Shown piece by piece: positions 1 through 12,746 of a stretch of DNA of 64,000 nucleotides. The translations under genes and the position numbers were made by a program. How positions within the stretch are numbered: the first letter of the stretch is position 1; the number at the start of each line of letters is the position of its first letter. Source of the stretch: Botryllus schlosseri (lineage: Eukaryota); contig CM119371.1 of the NCBI GenBank assembly GCA_051294905.1, positions 30,382,001-30,446,000 on the forward strand, given 5' to 3'. The notes below the pieces were generated by a model. It was not told the origin of the DNA. It saw only the letters and a list, made by a program, of their open reading frames with translations, and did not search any database.

Positions 1-151
1 AGTGCTTCCATAGACGAAAAGTATGAGGATATGAGACACAGCTATCAAAGTGATCGAACTTTAGATACGAGTATACTATATCCATGTTCGTCAACTTTCA
101 AGTAGCATCACGTTCAGACGCTGGCATTGTATTAAGTATGCTATAACTTAC

Positions 152-195
152 GTTTTCGACAGCCTGTTTCATCTTGGCCGTCCTTGCAGTCAGCA
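152..195 (-). CDS. LDLa gene exon
   Basis: cgtag / gtaagt. Reads ADCKDGQDETGCRK, completing the LDLa repeat begun in the previous exon. Confidence 0.85.
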
Positions 196-3100
196 CTACG
201 CAACACAAGAACAGTTTAGTTACAGCTCTAGTATCCAACCTTTGACAGTACATATAGTCGGATACAATTTGCTTAAAATACAGCGCATAGTAAGTGACGT
301 GGGTATCCACCACTTTGGATGCATCACTTGTTGGTCTGATCAATATTTTTCGATACATACGTATCGCGAAAAAAGGTTCGTGGATCCAGACTTGGACAAC
401 TAGAAAATTTTCAGCTTTTCTGAATTAGATTAGAATTAGAATTAGAGCTCCACAGTTTTTTTTAAAACTAGATTAGAATTAGAATTAGAGCTACACAGTT
501 TTTCCAAATTAGATTAAAATTAGAATTAGAGCTCCACAGTTTTTTTCAAACTAGATTAGAATTAGAATTAGAGCTACACAGTTTTTCCAAATTAGATTAG
601 AATTAGAATTAGAGCTACACAGCTTTTTTCAAATTAGATTAGAATTAGAATTAGAGCTACTATAAGCTTTTTCAAGATTAGATTAGAATTAGAATTAGAG
701 CTACTTAGTTCGCAAAAACTTGGAAATTGAATGAGATTGTATATGGGAAATGAATACAGGAAAATGCAGTTCACATCAAATCACAGTACGTGGTGCAAAA
801 GGCCGTAAGGCGATAAGCGCCACATATTTTTGTTTAACAAACAACAACAACACGTTCGTCAAGAATAGAAAGGGCCTATGTCACATTTCATAGTTCTGAG
901 AAAATTCAATTTAAAGATTCTTCATATTCATTATGGAAAGATCTCAAAGCCTTTTCTGTTATTAGTTCTTTGATCCTTCTCCTTGTCAATCAACTTACTC
1001 TGGGAACAAATGTCCATTTTCAAATCAATTGGCATGTCGGGTTTTTCCTCCCCGAGTGTACATAGGCCGTGATTAATTCTCATTAACATACTGGGACAAA
1101 GGCCCATTCGACTCAATATTGGGACATAGGCCCATGTGTCAATCCTTTTCAATCCATCTTTTTAGACATTATGATGCCGTATTTTGTGAACAATGACAGT
1201 TAACTACTGAAACAAACGTATTTTCGCATTTTTCAACCACAAGTGTTGTAGACAACAGGTACCGAGTTCATTGGAATGTCGCAGTTTTATAGGTCTTGAA
1301 ATTGAAGCAAGTTCAGCAACCGAAATTGAAGCAAGTTCAGCAACCACCGTTTTTGTTTTATACAAACTTGAAACTGGGAAACGACTAAAATATAGTTGAT
1401 AACATACATCATGATTTCATTTACAATTTATGGTGAAGACATTTTACCTATTCCTAATAAATCTCCTCACTGTTTCGCCTCAAATGAATATCTCTTCAAG
1501 AAGCTGTATCCGTTGTGGCTGCATAAGAGTCTTTGAATGGACTCAAGTTAGCTTGTAATTACTTTTCATGTCATGTTTTATCCTGTTGCCTTCTGCTTTC
1601 TGTTTGCTATGCTTGCTATGAGAGTGGAGTATGATAGATTCCTATTGTACGAGGGTGGAAGTCTTCTTATAGCTTCTTTTGCAATCAAAGAAACTATAGC
1701 GCAACCGGCATTAATGCTGATAGCTGGTGTTTTGAAGGTTCATTTTTCCTGGAATGATTTTAACTGCTCAGATCAATGAATGTAGTGTGTTCCTAACCCT
1801 AGCTAGATTGCTCTTTCTGTAACTGAAAAATTAGATAGCGTTCATTGTTCCACATGAGCTAAAATAAAAATTTCGATTGTCCGTCACAATGCATCAACAA
1901 TAAAATGGGCCTATGTCCAATTCCTTACTTCAAGCAAGGTGATGGAAAAGGCCTATGTCCAAGAATCTTGGACATAGGCACCTTCTATTCTCAAATGTAA
2001 TCAAAAGTATTTGGCCTATGTCACATCAAGTCAAGGAACAGGCCCAATATATGAGAAGGTCTCATTGCCATCTGAAAGAGCTGTATCCTTATACCAGAAA
2101 AAGAAAAAAATAGTGAAATTATGATAAATGGACATAGGCCTTTTCTATTCTGGGCGAACGAACAGTGCATTCCCATAACCATGAGAATGGTTAACTTCTG
2201 TACACCAAGCTTGGCTCGATTTTTACGGTGGGCATCGCCCATGTTATAGTCAGAATGGCGATGTACTAACGTAAAGTTTTAGAAACTAGAATGTTGTTGG
2301 CAGACTACAAGCTACTCTAGCAGGCTATATTCGTCATAATATCTACTATGACTGCAAGGTGTAAGTAAGGCGATGGCGGCTTGGCACTGGATTTCCCTGC
2401 TCAAGACGAGATTTTCTTCTTAACTCACTGCAATAGTGCAATATGCCTCGGACAAAGAGGCATTTTCAGGAAAACAATAATTAGATTAGAACTAGAATTA
2501 GAGAATACGGAGATTTCACAAATTAGATTAGAATTAGAACTAGAGCATAAGGACATTTCACAAATTAGATTAGAATTAGAATTAGAGCATGGAAGCATTT
2601 CACAAATTAGATTAGAATTAGATTACTGGCATTTCGCTCTAATTTAGTGAAATTAGACAACTAGAATTATCTAGTTGTCCAAGTCTGCGTGGATCCCCCT
2701 TGTTCCTGTTATTAGAACAATAGTGGTCGGTGACACCTCTGAGGTCAGGAATCACGCGGGTAAAGGGAATGATTAGGGCAGACACCTGTCCAAGGTAAGT
2801 AAATAAACTGTTACCTACATGTTATCACAAACCATTGACGCAGCAACCGGTATTTTTGTTTCGTTGTATGATGATGGGCAAGAAGGCCCTGATGCTTGCA
2901 ACATCCCATCTGACAACATCAATGAAGCAATCATTACATTGTTTGTAGCGATAGTATTATCTAACGATCGCCTCACCAATAATCAGCTTGTAACAAATGA
3001 GTGGCCTGGTCCTATCTGCACAAAGACACTCGTCGCTAAAATCCGGGCAGTCCACAACTCCGTTACAAACGCTGGTAATTGGTATTACAAAGCCGGGGTT

Positions 3101-6100
3101 TGACAAACATCGAAAACACTTTTCATCCAGGAAATCTAAATAAAGAAATTGCATATCGTCCTGTCGTCACATCGATTCGACAATTCAGACGCACATTTTT
3201 GGTTCGCTCCGCATAAGCATTCATCAACATCTGAAAGAAAAGATATCTTCGTATCTTAGGATGAGGATAAATTAAAAATACGGTAGAGTCTAACCGGTAG
3301 ACGAATACTGGTTTAGGCCACTAAGTTAGGATATAACTGAGTATTCACTGTGGCATCGCGCATCTCATAAAACAAATGCCTCTAATTGGCTATATTCAAT
3401 CGTATAAATTGCGGACGTTAGGTGACATGTGCGGGTAAATTTATAGATAATATATCTTCAACTTTATTTACCTATATTCGAGAGAGCTTGTCACCCCCTA
3501 CCAGGGTTGTAACCAAGTCACAAAGCTTCGAGTCACAAGTCAATCTCACTTTTATAGTTTTGACTCGAGCCAAGTCGAGTCATTTTCAATTCACCACCGA
3601 GTCAAGTCCGAATCCAAGTCAGCGAGCAGAGGGGCGAATCCGAGTCATGGTATTGTGACTCGAGTCCGTGTCCAAGTCATTGTGTTGACTGCTCAGTTTC
3701 CAGTTAAAATCGTATTAAACCCACTTTTAATACCTCTATGTGGTAATATCGAATGGTTCGCAATTATAATATATTAACTTTCTCACTTTTGGTAGTTTCT
3801 GGTCGCATTTTCAAGTAGGCCTACCAGTGCCAATAGACGAAATCTCAATAGTATGGTTACTTTACTATTCTTCGAAATTACAATGAAATGTCGGTCTTGG
3901 CCGTCTGAGTCTCGAGTCTATACACAGATCGACTCGAGTCGAGTCATTTTCGTGTTTTGGGAAAATGACTCGAGTCAAGTCGAGTCATCAGAAAATCGTG
4001 ACTTGAGTCGGACTCGAGTCGAGTCATGACTCGAGTCATTACAACCCCACCCCCTACCCCTCGAAACTATCAATGACCCTAACACAGTATAGTTATCAAC
4101 TTGTGAATCATGTGGAATTGGTTGTCATGATAATAATAAAAAAAAGCGGGAACGGTGAAAAAACATAATGTGAACAGCATATGCCGTACTACAACATACT
4201 TTTTAACAGTATTAGAAAGAACTTTAATTATAACATAATCGGAAACCAACAGAACAGTAATGGAATCTATTCTTATGGTCACATGCAGGCCGTGTTATTT
4301 TTGGCATTTCAGGTGCCAGATGCCAAAACTGCCAAAAATAAAAATTTGAAAATGCCAAAAATAAGCAATTTTTGGCATATGCCAAAAATAACACAGCCTG
4401 CCAAATAGTGTATTTCTTTCATGGTGTTGTGTTAACATGACTGCGTTACAAGCGAGAAGAGCGTTTGTGAAAGGCAGGTTTCCTAATCTGGGTCCAGCCC
4501 ACCCATTAGGGGTGAAAGCACAGTGAAATTGAACGGCTGACTGCATTTGGTTTACGTCATACTTTCCATTTGTCCAAAGGAAATTTTACGACCATTTTTG
4601 ACCGGCTTGTTGAGCGCTAAATTTGATAAAACGGGTATCAATGAGAAGCTGCCGCAGTACTGATTATTGAAATATAAATTATATTCTGCTCATGGAACTG
4701 GAACCCCCCAAATCAACCACGATTTGTGCATTGTGATCGAGTTGAACATTGTGACGCAACAAACTGTCTGGCTATTTCTGAGCTGGATAGTCTCGTTTTG
4801 CCAGACAGTCTTGTTGCGTCAATGTTTTTAAACAAGCTAACCTTCCCAGGACTCTTCCATGCGAGTTGGTAATATTAAAGCCACTTGAAGTGACAAAAGT
4901 CCTCCGAAAATATATCGGTAGACTGAAGGAGAAATGATAGTCGGGCTACTAAATAGAATGTGTTGAGAGACAACACAGGAAACTCCTGGAAAAGGATCGG
5001 GAAGAAAATTCTTTCCGCGATGAGATCGATGGCACTGGCGAAGTGATCTCTTTTCATGATGAATGGAAGTCGGTTCGGCCCTTCAAAGATTTTGAAGCTC
5101 TGTAACAATCAGCTATTGAGCGTGTTTGTTAGGCTTTTCTTTCTTTTTTTGCTTATTGGCACCGATTCCGATGGATACTGCACATTTTGTGGTTTCGTTT
5201 GGTATTATTAACCTATGAAATCGTTAGGTTTTTTCTTCTTATTATTGTTTGTTGGCACTGATTATACGTGGATGCTGCACATTTTGTGGTGTCTTTTGAC
5301 AAACTAGCCAAATAAAGCGTTTTGTGACTTATTCGAGGCTATAACTATCTATTTAGAGGACGATGCCAAAACTGCCAAAAATAAAAATCGAAAAATGCCA
5401 AAAATAAGTTATTTTTGGCAGTTTTGGCATATGCCAAAAATAACACGGCCTGGACTCATATGTGACATGCGGGTCAGAGGTTCATTCATCTGTCATTATG
5501 AAACCGCAAAGACGCAAATCTTAATATATTTTGAGTAGAAATCGCACACATTGAGCCATTGAATAATTTCAAATTGAAAGCGGCTTAGGAAATGTTAAAA
5601 ACCAATGCTAAGGACCGGACGTCACGTTCGAATTTGTACAATGCTTGCCATAGCACATAGTACTGGAACATTCTGGTGTGAATGGTGAATCACCTACCGT
5701 TAAGGCAGAAGCTTATCCCATCACATACATATTCCGACGGTTGCAAGCATGAATGCTGGCTCATCGGTGATGACTTCGAAGTACAGACTCTGCCTTCGAG
5801 AATCGGCTCAACTCCTGCTGGTACTTTTAGCTCGTCGCTACCATCCCTATATATGAAGGCGAACATGAGTAACTCCATTAGAATAGCAAATAAAAACGAG
5901 CGATTCGTTAGAAATTCTATGCGTCTTTGTATTTGGTGATTACAGATTACATTCTAATAAGTCTTCGTTGTGAGGTTTTAACGTATTAAAATCTTTCGGC
6001 GCCACGCAGTTGAGACGTGGTTATGTTAGATACGTCTGGCCTGTAAGTCTTTGGTAGTTGTCTTAGTAAAAGCAGGCAGACATGCTTGATGATGCACGGT

Positions 6101-9100
6101 CATATTGTAGTGCGGACCAGATCGACAAATTCTCTGGTCCGACTGCGATCCTTTTTTTCAATTCTTTGGTCCGGCTCCGATGCGACTCCGGCCGTATCAG
6201 GAAAAAGTACTGATCCGGCTCCAATCCGGCTCCAGCAAAAAATCAAAAAGTGCGGCCGGAAGTCCGGCCTAACACGGTACGGTGGTTCCGTGAATTTATA
6301 AATATGGCTCGTCTGTTTTCACACTGGCTTGGCGGTTACTTGCGTGTGGTTGGTTGGTAGCTATTTAGTTACAAACTTCATGCTTATTCATAAAGATTCT
6401 GGCCTTATCAAAAAAGTACTGATCCGACTCCAATCTGGCTAACGGCCGTATCAGAAAAGGTACTGATCCGGCTCCGATCCGGTCCGGCAAAAAATTGAAA
6501 AAATCCGGCCGGATATCCAATCCGGCTCCGGTCCATGCTCCGCAATATCATATTGCCGTACTTAACACTGGCATCAGCTCACAAAACTCGTCTAATCGAT
6601 GGGTATTGGCTGATTTTATTGCAGTACATTTAGCTGTTGAATTTAGCAGTAAGATATTCAACCGGGGTGTCGTTTTGGCGGACGAACGGTGCCGCGAGAT
6701 AAAGAGGCAGTGTTCCTTAACCGGTGTTCCTTGGTTCCATTAGCCAGCCTCAGGGATTCCGTGAAGGTCATGACTAGGGCAAGTTTTCGTTGCAGTCAGA
6801 TCCGTGTAAAGTTGCATTTATTTTTCACAAAATTGCACTAAAAAGTTGCGTTTATGGACAAGTTCCTTGGAATTATTAGGGTATGAGATACTCGAATCGA
6901 TCTGTATTCAAGAAACTGTAGCAAAGCGCAGTGTTGGCGACTTCAACAAAATCAATAACATGAAAAAATTCACCCAGTGAAAATATTACTTTCGGCGGTC
7001 TTGCCTGAATGTAAGTCAAATCATAAATGACCGCAAATTTAAACGACAGTGAAATAGTCAAGCGATCTATTTACATATAGTGCCAAATATTTCCAGCAAA
7101 AAGTTAGTTGCATGAAAGAAAGATCTAAAAACTTGAAAAATTTGCATGAAAAATCGAAAAAAGTTGCAAAAGGTTTCGTGAAAAAAATATACCAAAGTTT
7201 CAATATAAGAGGATCCTCTAAACAGCTTAAAACACCATACTACTGAGTATTCAATACTTCTGAGTATTCAGGAAGCTTTCGGAAGCTGTGAAAAAGTTGC
7301 AAAAGTGGCAAAAACTTGCTCTAGTCATGACCCTCAGTAAACTCGTACATATGATTTGTGATGATACGATCATCTTGGCCATTATTGGTTGCTTGTAATT
7401 AGACCCGGTCAGTATAGTCGAATTGTGACTGTTCTGTTGGTACGTCGTGTGCAGTGGCATACGTAGGAGGGTTTGTAGTTCGAAATCGAGACCAAGTCCT
7501 TTTGCGTCGCCGATTATATTTTCAATATATGCAATATATAATTACATTTGGTATCACGCTGTTGCGTTTCGACCGAACAATGCGACAACACTTTTAGATG
7601 CGAAGCCCTGTATTTCTTAACTGGTATCTGAAAAGTAACAACGGAAGTCGCACTGATTTGCAGTGAATATTCATTATAAAGTTTTCGTTTTGTGTGATAA
7701 TTATATTTTAATGGTATTGTTGGTTTAACGTACTGTTGACGTACATATATAGCAGGGGTCTCAGACACACCACCCGCGAGAACATTTTGTTCGGCCCGTG
7801 ACGGCATTTTCGATTTTCAAGTATTCAATACTCAGCCGCCACATTTATTTTTTAGAGTTGAGGATCTAAACTTCACTCTAAAACTACTCCAAAAACCTGA
7901 AATCTCATCAAACTTCACTATCACATCACTTTCAAAAGCTACCATGCGGTGGAGGATCAGCTTCATGTTACATTTCTGGTTCATGAAGATAAAACATAAC
8001 CTGTTGATGATTCCGGACCACGAGCAGATTAAAATTTATATTTTCGCAATCAGTACCGCGGTAGCTTTCGATTGATACCCGTTTTACCAAATTTCGCACT
8101 CGGTAAGCCGGTCAAAAATTACCGTCAAATTGACATTGGCCAAACGGAAAATTTGACGTAGACCAATTTCACTGAGCCGTGAGATTTGCTTGTGTCCACA
8201 CCATGTAGGACACTATGATTATACTGTATTTGTTGAATCGGTAGGTGTCGAAATACCGTACAATACAACTAATCTGACGGAGTGACGGTGTAATTCATTG
8301 TTACGTAAAAGTACTGTATTGCCTTCAGGAATAGCCATGAAACGAACAATTAAATTTTCGCTTGATTAGGACAAAACCATTCCCCAAAACCATTAAGCGG
8401 TGTCAAATAATTGTGTACATCCATCATACTGCAAGAATCGTAGTCTGCGGTAGCCCACTGCTACCATCAACAGTTACTTAGACCGAAATGAAATAGAGCA
8501 GTGACTGTTCAAAAACTAATTTGATGCGAATGTTGTGCCGCAATATGACCATACAACACCCAGGATTTCTGTTCTCGACGATCTGCAGTAAATACAGCCC
8601 TACATATCACCCGCTCAGATCAATCAGTCAGAATACTAATTTTGCCGATGGTAAAGATACGAGGGATTGAGACTTGCGTAAGGATGTCGCCATGGTTTAA
8701 TTTCGTCCGTGATTGCAATGTCATCGCCGATCACACTCACCGACAATCCTCTCGCTGATCACAAAAATTCTCTGCGTCGAGGCATCTGGATCCGACCAAA
8801 CAAGCATAAGCGCCGGTAGGGCAAGTTGAATCTGGAAAGATAGCAACTTGAATACCGCATCTTATCTGTACTCGAACGTCAACGTCTTATTTCAGGTGTC
8901 TGATGATGTCGCAACACATTAGTGATCCAAAGCCTAGTTTTTTTCGCCAGATGTATTTTCCGCCGCAACCCACACATTTACCCACTCTCCGGACCAATTT
9001 ATTTGGTTCGAGCCCAACCGATACCTGATTTCTTAGCTGATACGCCTACCTATATAAGGTTTTTCCCCGTATCCGAATGTGACATACCCATATTAGAGCT

Positions 9101-12100
9101 GCTTCTAATTGGCGTATCCAAAACCTTCATAAATTTACAATCAAACTCATAGCAAAGTAACAACCTTTTAGAACCTCTAGCCACACAGGCATGTATTGTA
9201 GTTCTGGAAACATATCTTTTCAGATTGTCACTATGGCTACGGCTGGGCAAACCCGAGCACCCGAGATTTGATTCTGACACACGTAACATGCTTCGAATCG
9301 AGTCGAATGTTCAGGTATTACTCATTATTATGATGATGAAATAACAATGTGTTATATGTCAAAGTTCAAATTGGTAAGTTTTACGCGTCTACAAAGAATA
9401 AAAATCCAGCATATCGAAGATACTTTGGTGGTTTTTCGACCATACCGATTTCATTGCTCTTCGTGGCAATATTGTAGGTTGATCATGATTTCAGAAATAT
9501 GTGTTTCCAGTAACCGTCGTAGCTTTGTATATCTGTTTCGTATGCGGAGATACGGCCAATCAAGGTTCCAAGGCTCTCACAGTGGAAAATAGCATCGAAA
9601 CTATAATTCTCGTTGATAAATGAACTTTCAGTGGCGAGGAGCGCGCAATTTCAGCACTCCAAAACATCGTCTTTTACTACTGGACTCAAACCATTAGAAT
9701 TAATACTTGAATCATTGTTACCGCCTCTAATTGTCACGACGAACTCAACTCTAACGGTCCCGATAAATTAATCGAATATTACTAAAGATATTAGCCCTAG
9801 GAAACACTGTAGTAGTTATAACATCGTTGAACAGGCCGATAATGGATATGAAAGTTGCTCAGTGGATAGTTATATTCTGCTGTCGTGATGCGGGATCTAC
9901 AACATACAGATCTATTCTTACCAGACTGACACAGTTTATCTTTCTGCGGAACGAGCTCATCTGGCAACACGCAAATGTAGCCCATGGCTGATTTTCCCTG
10001 ACAGAATGTCACGTTTGGTCCGTACGCAATTGTGTTGTCTCTGAACGCTGGTAAATCTGATCCGTCTCTAAAATAGGAAATCTGCGCAATCCGATACGAT
10101 CATGCTATCGGATCTTGGCCTCGGCCTGACAACATACAGCGTGCGATAACGCGTACAACATACAGTTAAATCACAGGTTGAATTATTTGCAGTAAACAAT
10201 ATTATGATCGACTAACAATACAACATAAATTATGTGATCACGGTCGATGATTGAGGTAGCCTACTCAGATTTGGTCAAAATATTTATTGTTCGCGCGTAC
10301 TTGCACGAGGAAGTAATAACGTAAATTTTTACACCAGAAAAAGTATATACGTCATACTACCTGAAGTAGACGTAGGAAAGATGTGAAAATACGGAGCGTC
10401 ACATACTTTTCTTATAGCCAATTCTCGGTAACAGCCTTCACAATTGCAGGATAATTGTTTGTGACGAACCCCGAACGACTATACTGCTGTCATTATTCTA
10501 TTTCGGTTAATCATGTGGTCAATCTGGAGCAGTGGTTCTTAACCATGTCGCCAGCGCCCCCTGGTGGTGATCTGGATTTCAAAAGGGGTAGAAACACTCA
10601 GCGGCGATATGGGGGCGCCGAAGAAAATTGGAGTAACAGTACAGATGATCAATGTTCCCTCTCATTTTTCAAGAGTCTGCGCAAACACGCCAACTCACTG
10701 CGCAGGCCCTCGGACAACAGTGCGCAATCACCCTCCAATAGGGTGATGAAACTGGCTTCTGGGGGGCTGAGCCCCCAGACACCTCTAGGCCTCTAGGCTT
10801 TTTCCGGTACTTATCATCTATAATGGGTGCCCAATTGGTAGTAGCCTCCCTAAACGCGTGAAGCGCGAAAAAATTCTTTAATTAATGATCGCATCGGCCA
10901 ATATGATCGGGAATTCCCTATATATTGCTATCAATAATGCTCACATAATCAGATTTCCCGGTAGAGCTGATCCAGTGAGGTGTGTTGGAATAGATTGGCC
11001 CTCTAAATAATAATAAAACATGTTCGGGCGTACCCGTTGATATAATGACTTCGTTACATGATGCTATTTCCTGACCCCCTATCTGCTATGTCAAAAGATA
11101 TTGAAATCGCCAAAACGTACTAAAGTAAAAGACGTACACGATTTCAAATTGGTATTTCTTAACTGGAAAGTAATGTTCCCTCGATATGGCATTTGTCTTG
11201 TTGTGGGACTCGGATCGCCAGGACAGGAACATTCGGCGCCAGCCATTTAGGCGACTATGGACATGGACAATTACGCAGATATTCGTATCAATTGTATATA
11301 TCGAAGTTTTTGGTCAGCACTGGGGCAGTCTTTTTCGCCCAAGGTTTTCTCGCTGCTGATCGTTCTGGCGCACTTCTTGGAGTCGCATGTTACATAGCCT
11401 TTAACTTCATATGTCTTGGCGCGTCATGGTGCGGTAATGGCCGACACCCAACTGCCCATTTTTATAAATCATGCGTAATTTTTGTTGGGAAAGGGTACCG
11501 AATAATCAGATATCTGACAATAATAAAACGCGCGTAGCGCGAAAAAAATTCCTGAAAAATTCCAAAAAAATACACTATGATTTATGTTAATTCTCGAAAT
11601 AATTTTGGACCCCCTTCGAGCTCGGCCCCTCCAATTGGGTGGTTTGGGGTGCGAAAGTTACGGTCCTGAGTAAATCTTACGCAATGTTCATGCCACGCGG
11701 AGCAGGCTATTCGTTAGTTTCTCGGAGATTAACTTCGAGCTAGCCCATTGTTATTGATCACTTTGTTAAACCATGTTATTACGCCATTTCCAGAAAATAA
11801 TGCGCTATTGAAATGATATCAGTATCGCTCACGCGTACGAGGCCATACTAAAAAATATCTTCCGTGAGGCGCACGTGATTGCGAATTCTTATTTCTTCAC
11901 GGTGCGCAATAGTTACCTTTGTGGGGCGCACTTGTACCTCGATTTCAGACTTCAGTGATAACACTATTTGGCCCTGAGAATGTTCCATCTTAATTTTCAC
12001 GAATATGCGCGCCTGCGTGGTCCATTGGACAACAGTGCGCAACAACTATAAAAAAAACATCATTTCTGATTTTTTGTGCGCAGCGTAGATTTTCAGTGCG

Positions 12101-12746
12101 CAGAGACCGTTTCAGCACTGCGCATTTGCGCACGTGCGCAGCTTAGAGGGAACACTGCTGCTGTCATTATTCTATTTCGGTTAATCATGTGGTAAATCTA
12201 GAGCAGTGGTTCTTAACCATGTCGCCAGCGCCCCCTGGTGGTGGTTGGGATTTCAAAAGGGGTGAAAACACTCGGCGGCGATATGGGGCGCCGAAGAAAA
12301 TTGGAGTAACAGTACAGATGATGTAGTCGTTTCCATATGGATACAAAGGTCTATAGTTCTAGATATTCTTGAGATCTCGTTGCAAATTTTTTTTATTCAT
12401 TCCAAACAAAACTCATCAATTATAATTATCAATTAACTGGATAGGGGTTTTCCCGACAACATGTTTTGAACTAGGTATTATATATTACTGCACACTGCGT
12501 CTCGAGAAGTGTCGGCAGTCCAAAACCATCACCATGTGAGCAAGTAATGCAGGGTGACGAAACCTACTTGTGTACTCGGAAAAAAGTAAAAGTACTTCGT
12601 AATAGAATATCGGCGAAAATAAGTTCAAAAGTATTGTTAACTATCGTTAACTTACGGGCAATTGCGAAACCCGTCGCAGAAACGCCAGGCTAAAATACAT
12701 TCTGATCCATCGGAACACGCGAATTCGTCGTCCTTACACGTCAAAT
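152..12746 (-). CDS. Partial gene for an LDL-receptor class A repeat protein (5' start not located; 3' part lies left of the window)
   Basis: complement(join(152..195,2819..2909,2977..3135,3195..3230,5698..5846,8741..8831,9922..10067,12656..12746)). GT-AG, phases consistent. LDLa motifs: CKDDEFACSDGSECILAWRFCDGFRNCPDGSD, CLDAENFCDQREDCRDGSDE, VCNGVVDCPDFSDECLC, VCDNIADCKDGQDETGC. Confidence 0.85.
387..2687. mobile_element. Non-autonomous hAT-type DNA transposon (2.3 kb) in an LDLa gene intron
   Basis: TIRs cagacttggacaactaga / tctagttgtccaagtctg; perfect 8-bp TSD cgtggatc (379-386, 2688-2695); subterminal ATTAGA arrays. Confidence 0.85.
424..705. repeat. Subterminal tandem repeat (~40-bp units, attagattagaattagaattagagctac...)
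   Basis: About 7 imperfect units; a similar array is at ~2480-2625. Confidence 0.8.
2819..2909 (-). CDS. LDLa gene exon
   Basis: gtcag / gtaggt. Reads GMLQASGPSCPSSYNETKIPVAASMVCDN. Confidence 0.8.
2977..3135 (-). CDS. LDLa gene exon
   Basis: tttag / gtgagg. Reads FLDEKCFRCLSNPG...VCNGVVDCPDFSDECLC. Confidence 0.88.
3195..3230 (-). CDS. LDLa gene 36-nt exon
   Basis: tttcag / gtgcgt. Reads DVDECLCGANQK, followed by a 59-nt intron. Confidence 0.7.
3502..4047. mobile_element. MITE of the gactcgagtc-rich family
   Basis: cagggttgtaa / ttacaacccc ends; internal gactcgagtc palindromes. Confidence 0.6.
4286..5452. mobile_element. TIR element (MITE-like)
   Basis: TIRs caggccgtgttatttttggcat / atgccaaaaataacacggcctg with tgccaaaa subterminal repeats. 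Confidence 0.7.
5698..5846 (-). CDS. LDLa gene exon
   Basis: tatag / gtaggt. Reads DGSDELKVP...CLQPSEYVCDGISFCLN. Confidence 0.85.
6102..6548. mobile_element. MITE with tccggctcc repeats
   Basis: atattgtagtgcggacc / ggtccatgctccgcaatat imperfect inverted ends. Confidence 0.5.
6766..7332. mobile_element. MITE
   Basis: TIRs ggtcatgactagggcaagtttt / aaaacttgctctagtcatgacc. Confidence 0.65.
8741..8831 (-). CDS. LDLa gene exon
   Basis: ttccag / gtgagt. Reads STCPTGAYACLVGSRCLDAENFCDQREDC. Confidence 0.88.
9922..10067 (-). CDS. LDLa gene exon
   Basis: ttttag / gtaaga. Reads DGSDLPAFRDNT...CQGKSAMGYICVLP...LCQS. Confidence 0.82.
10650..12157. mobile_element. TIR element flanked by a ~165-bp direct duplication
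   Basis: caatgttccctct / agagggaacactg ends; flanks 10484-10649 and 12158-12322 are near-identical. Confidence 0.7.
12656..12746 (-). CDS. LDLa gene exon
   Basis: tttcag / gtaagt. Reads LTCKDDEFACSDGSECILAWRFCDGFRNC. Confidence 0.88.

Noticed and set aside
424..705. Regularly spaced repeats resembling a CRISPR array
   Set aside because: No unique spacers, no cas genes, eukaryotic context; it is a TE subterminal tandem repeat.
2381..2647. ORF with RLELELE repeats
   Set aside because: Translation of the transposon's subterminal ATTAGA array.
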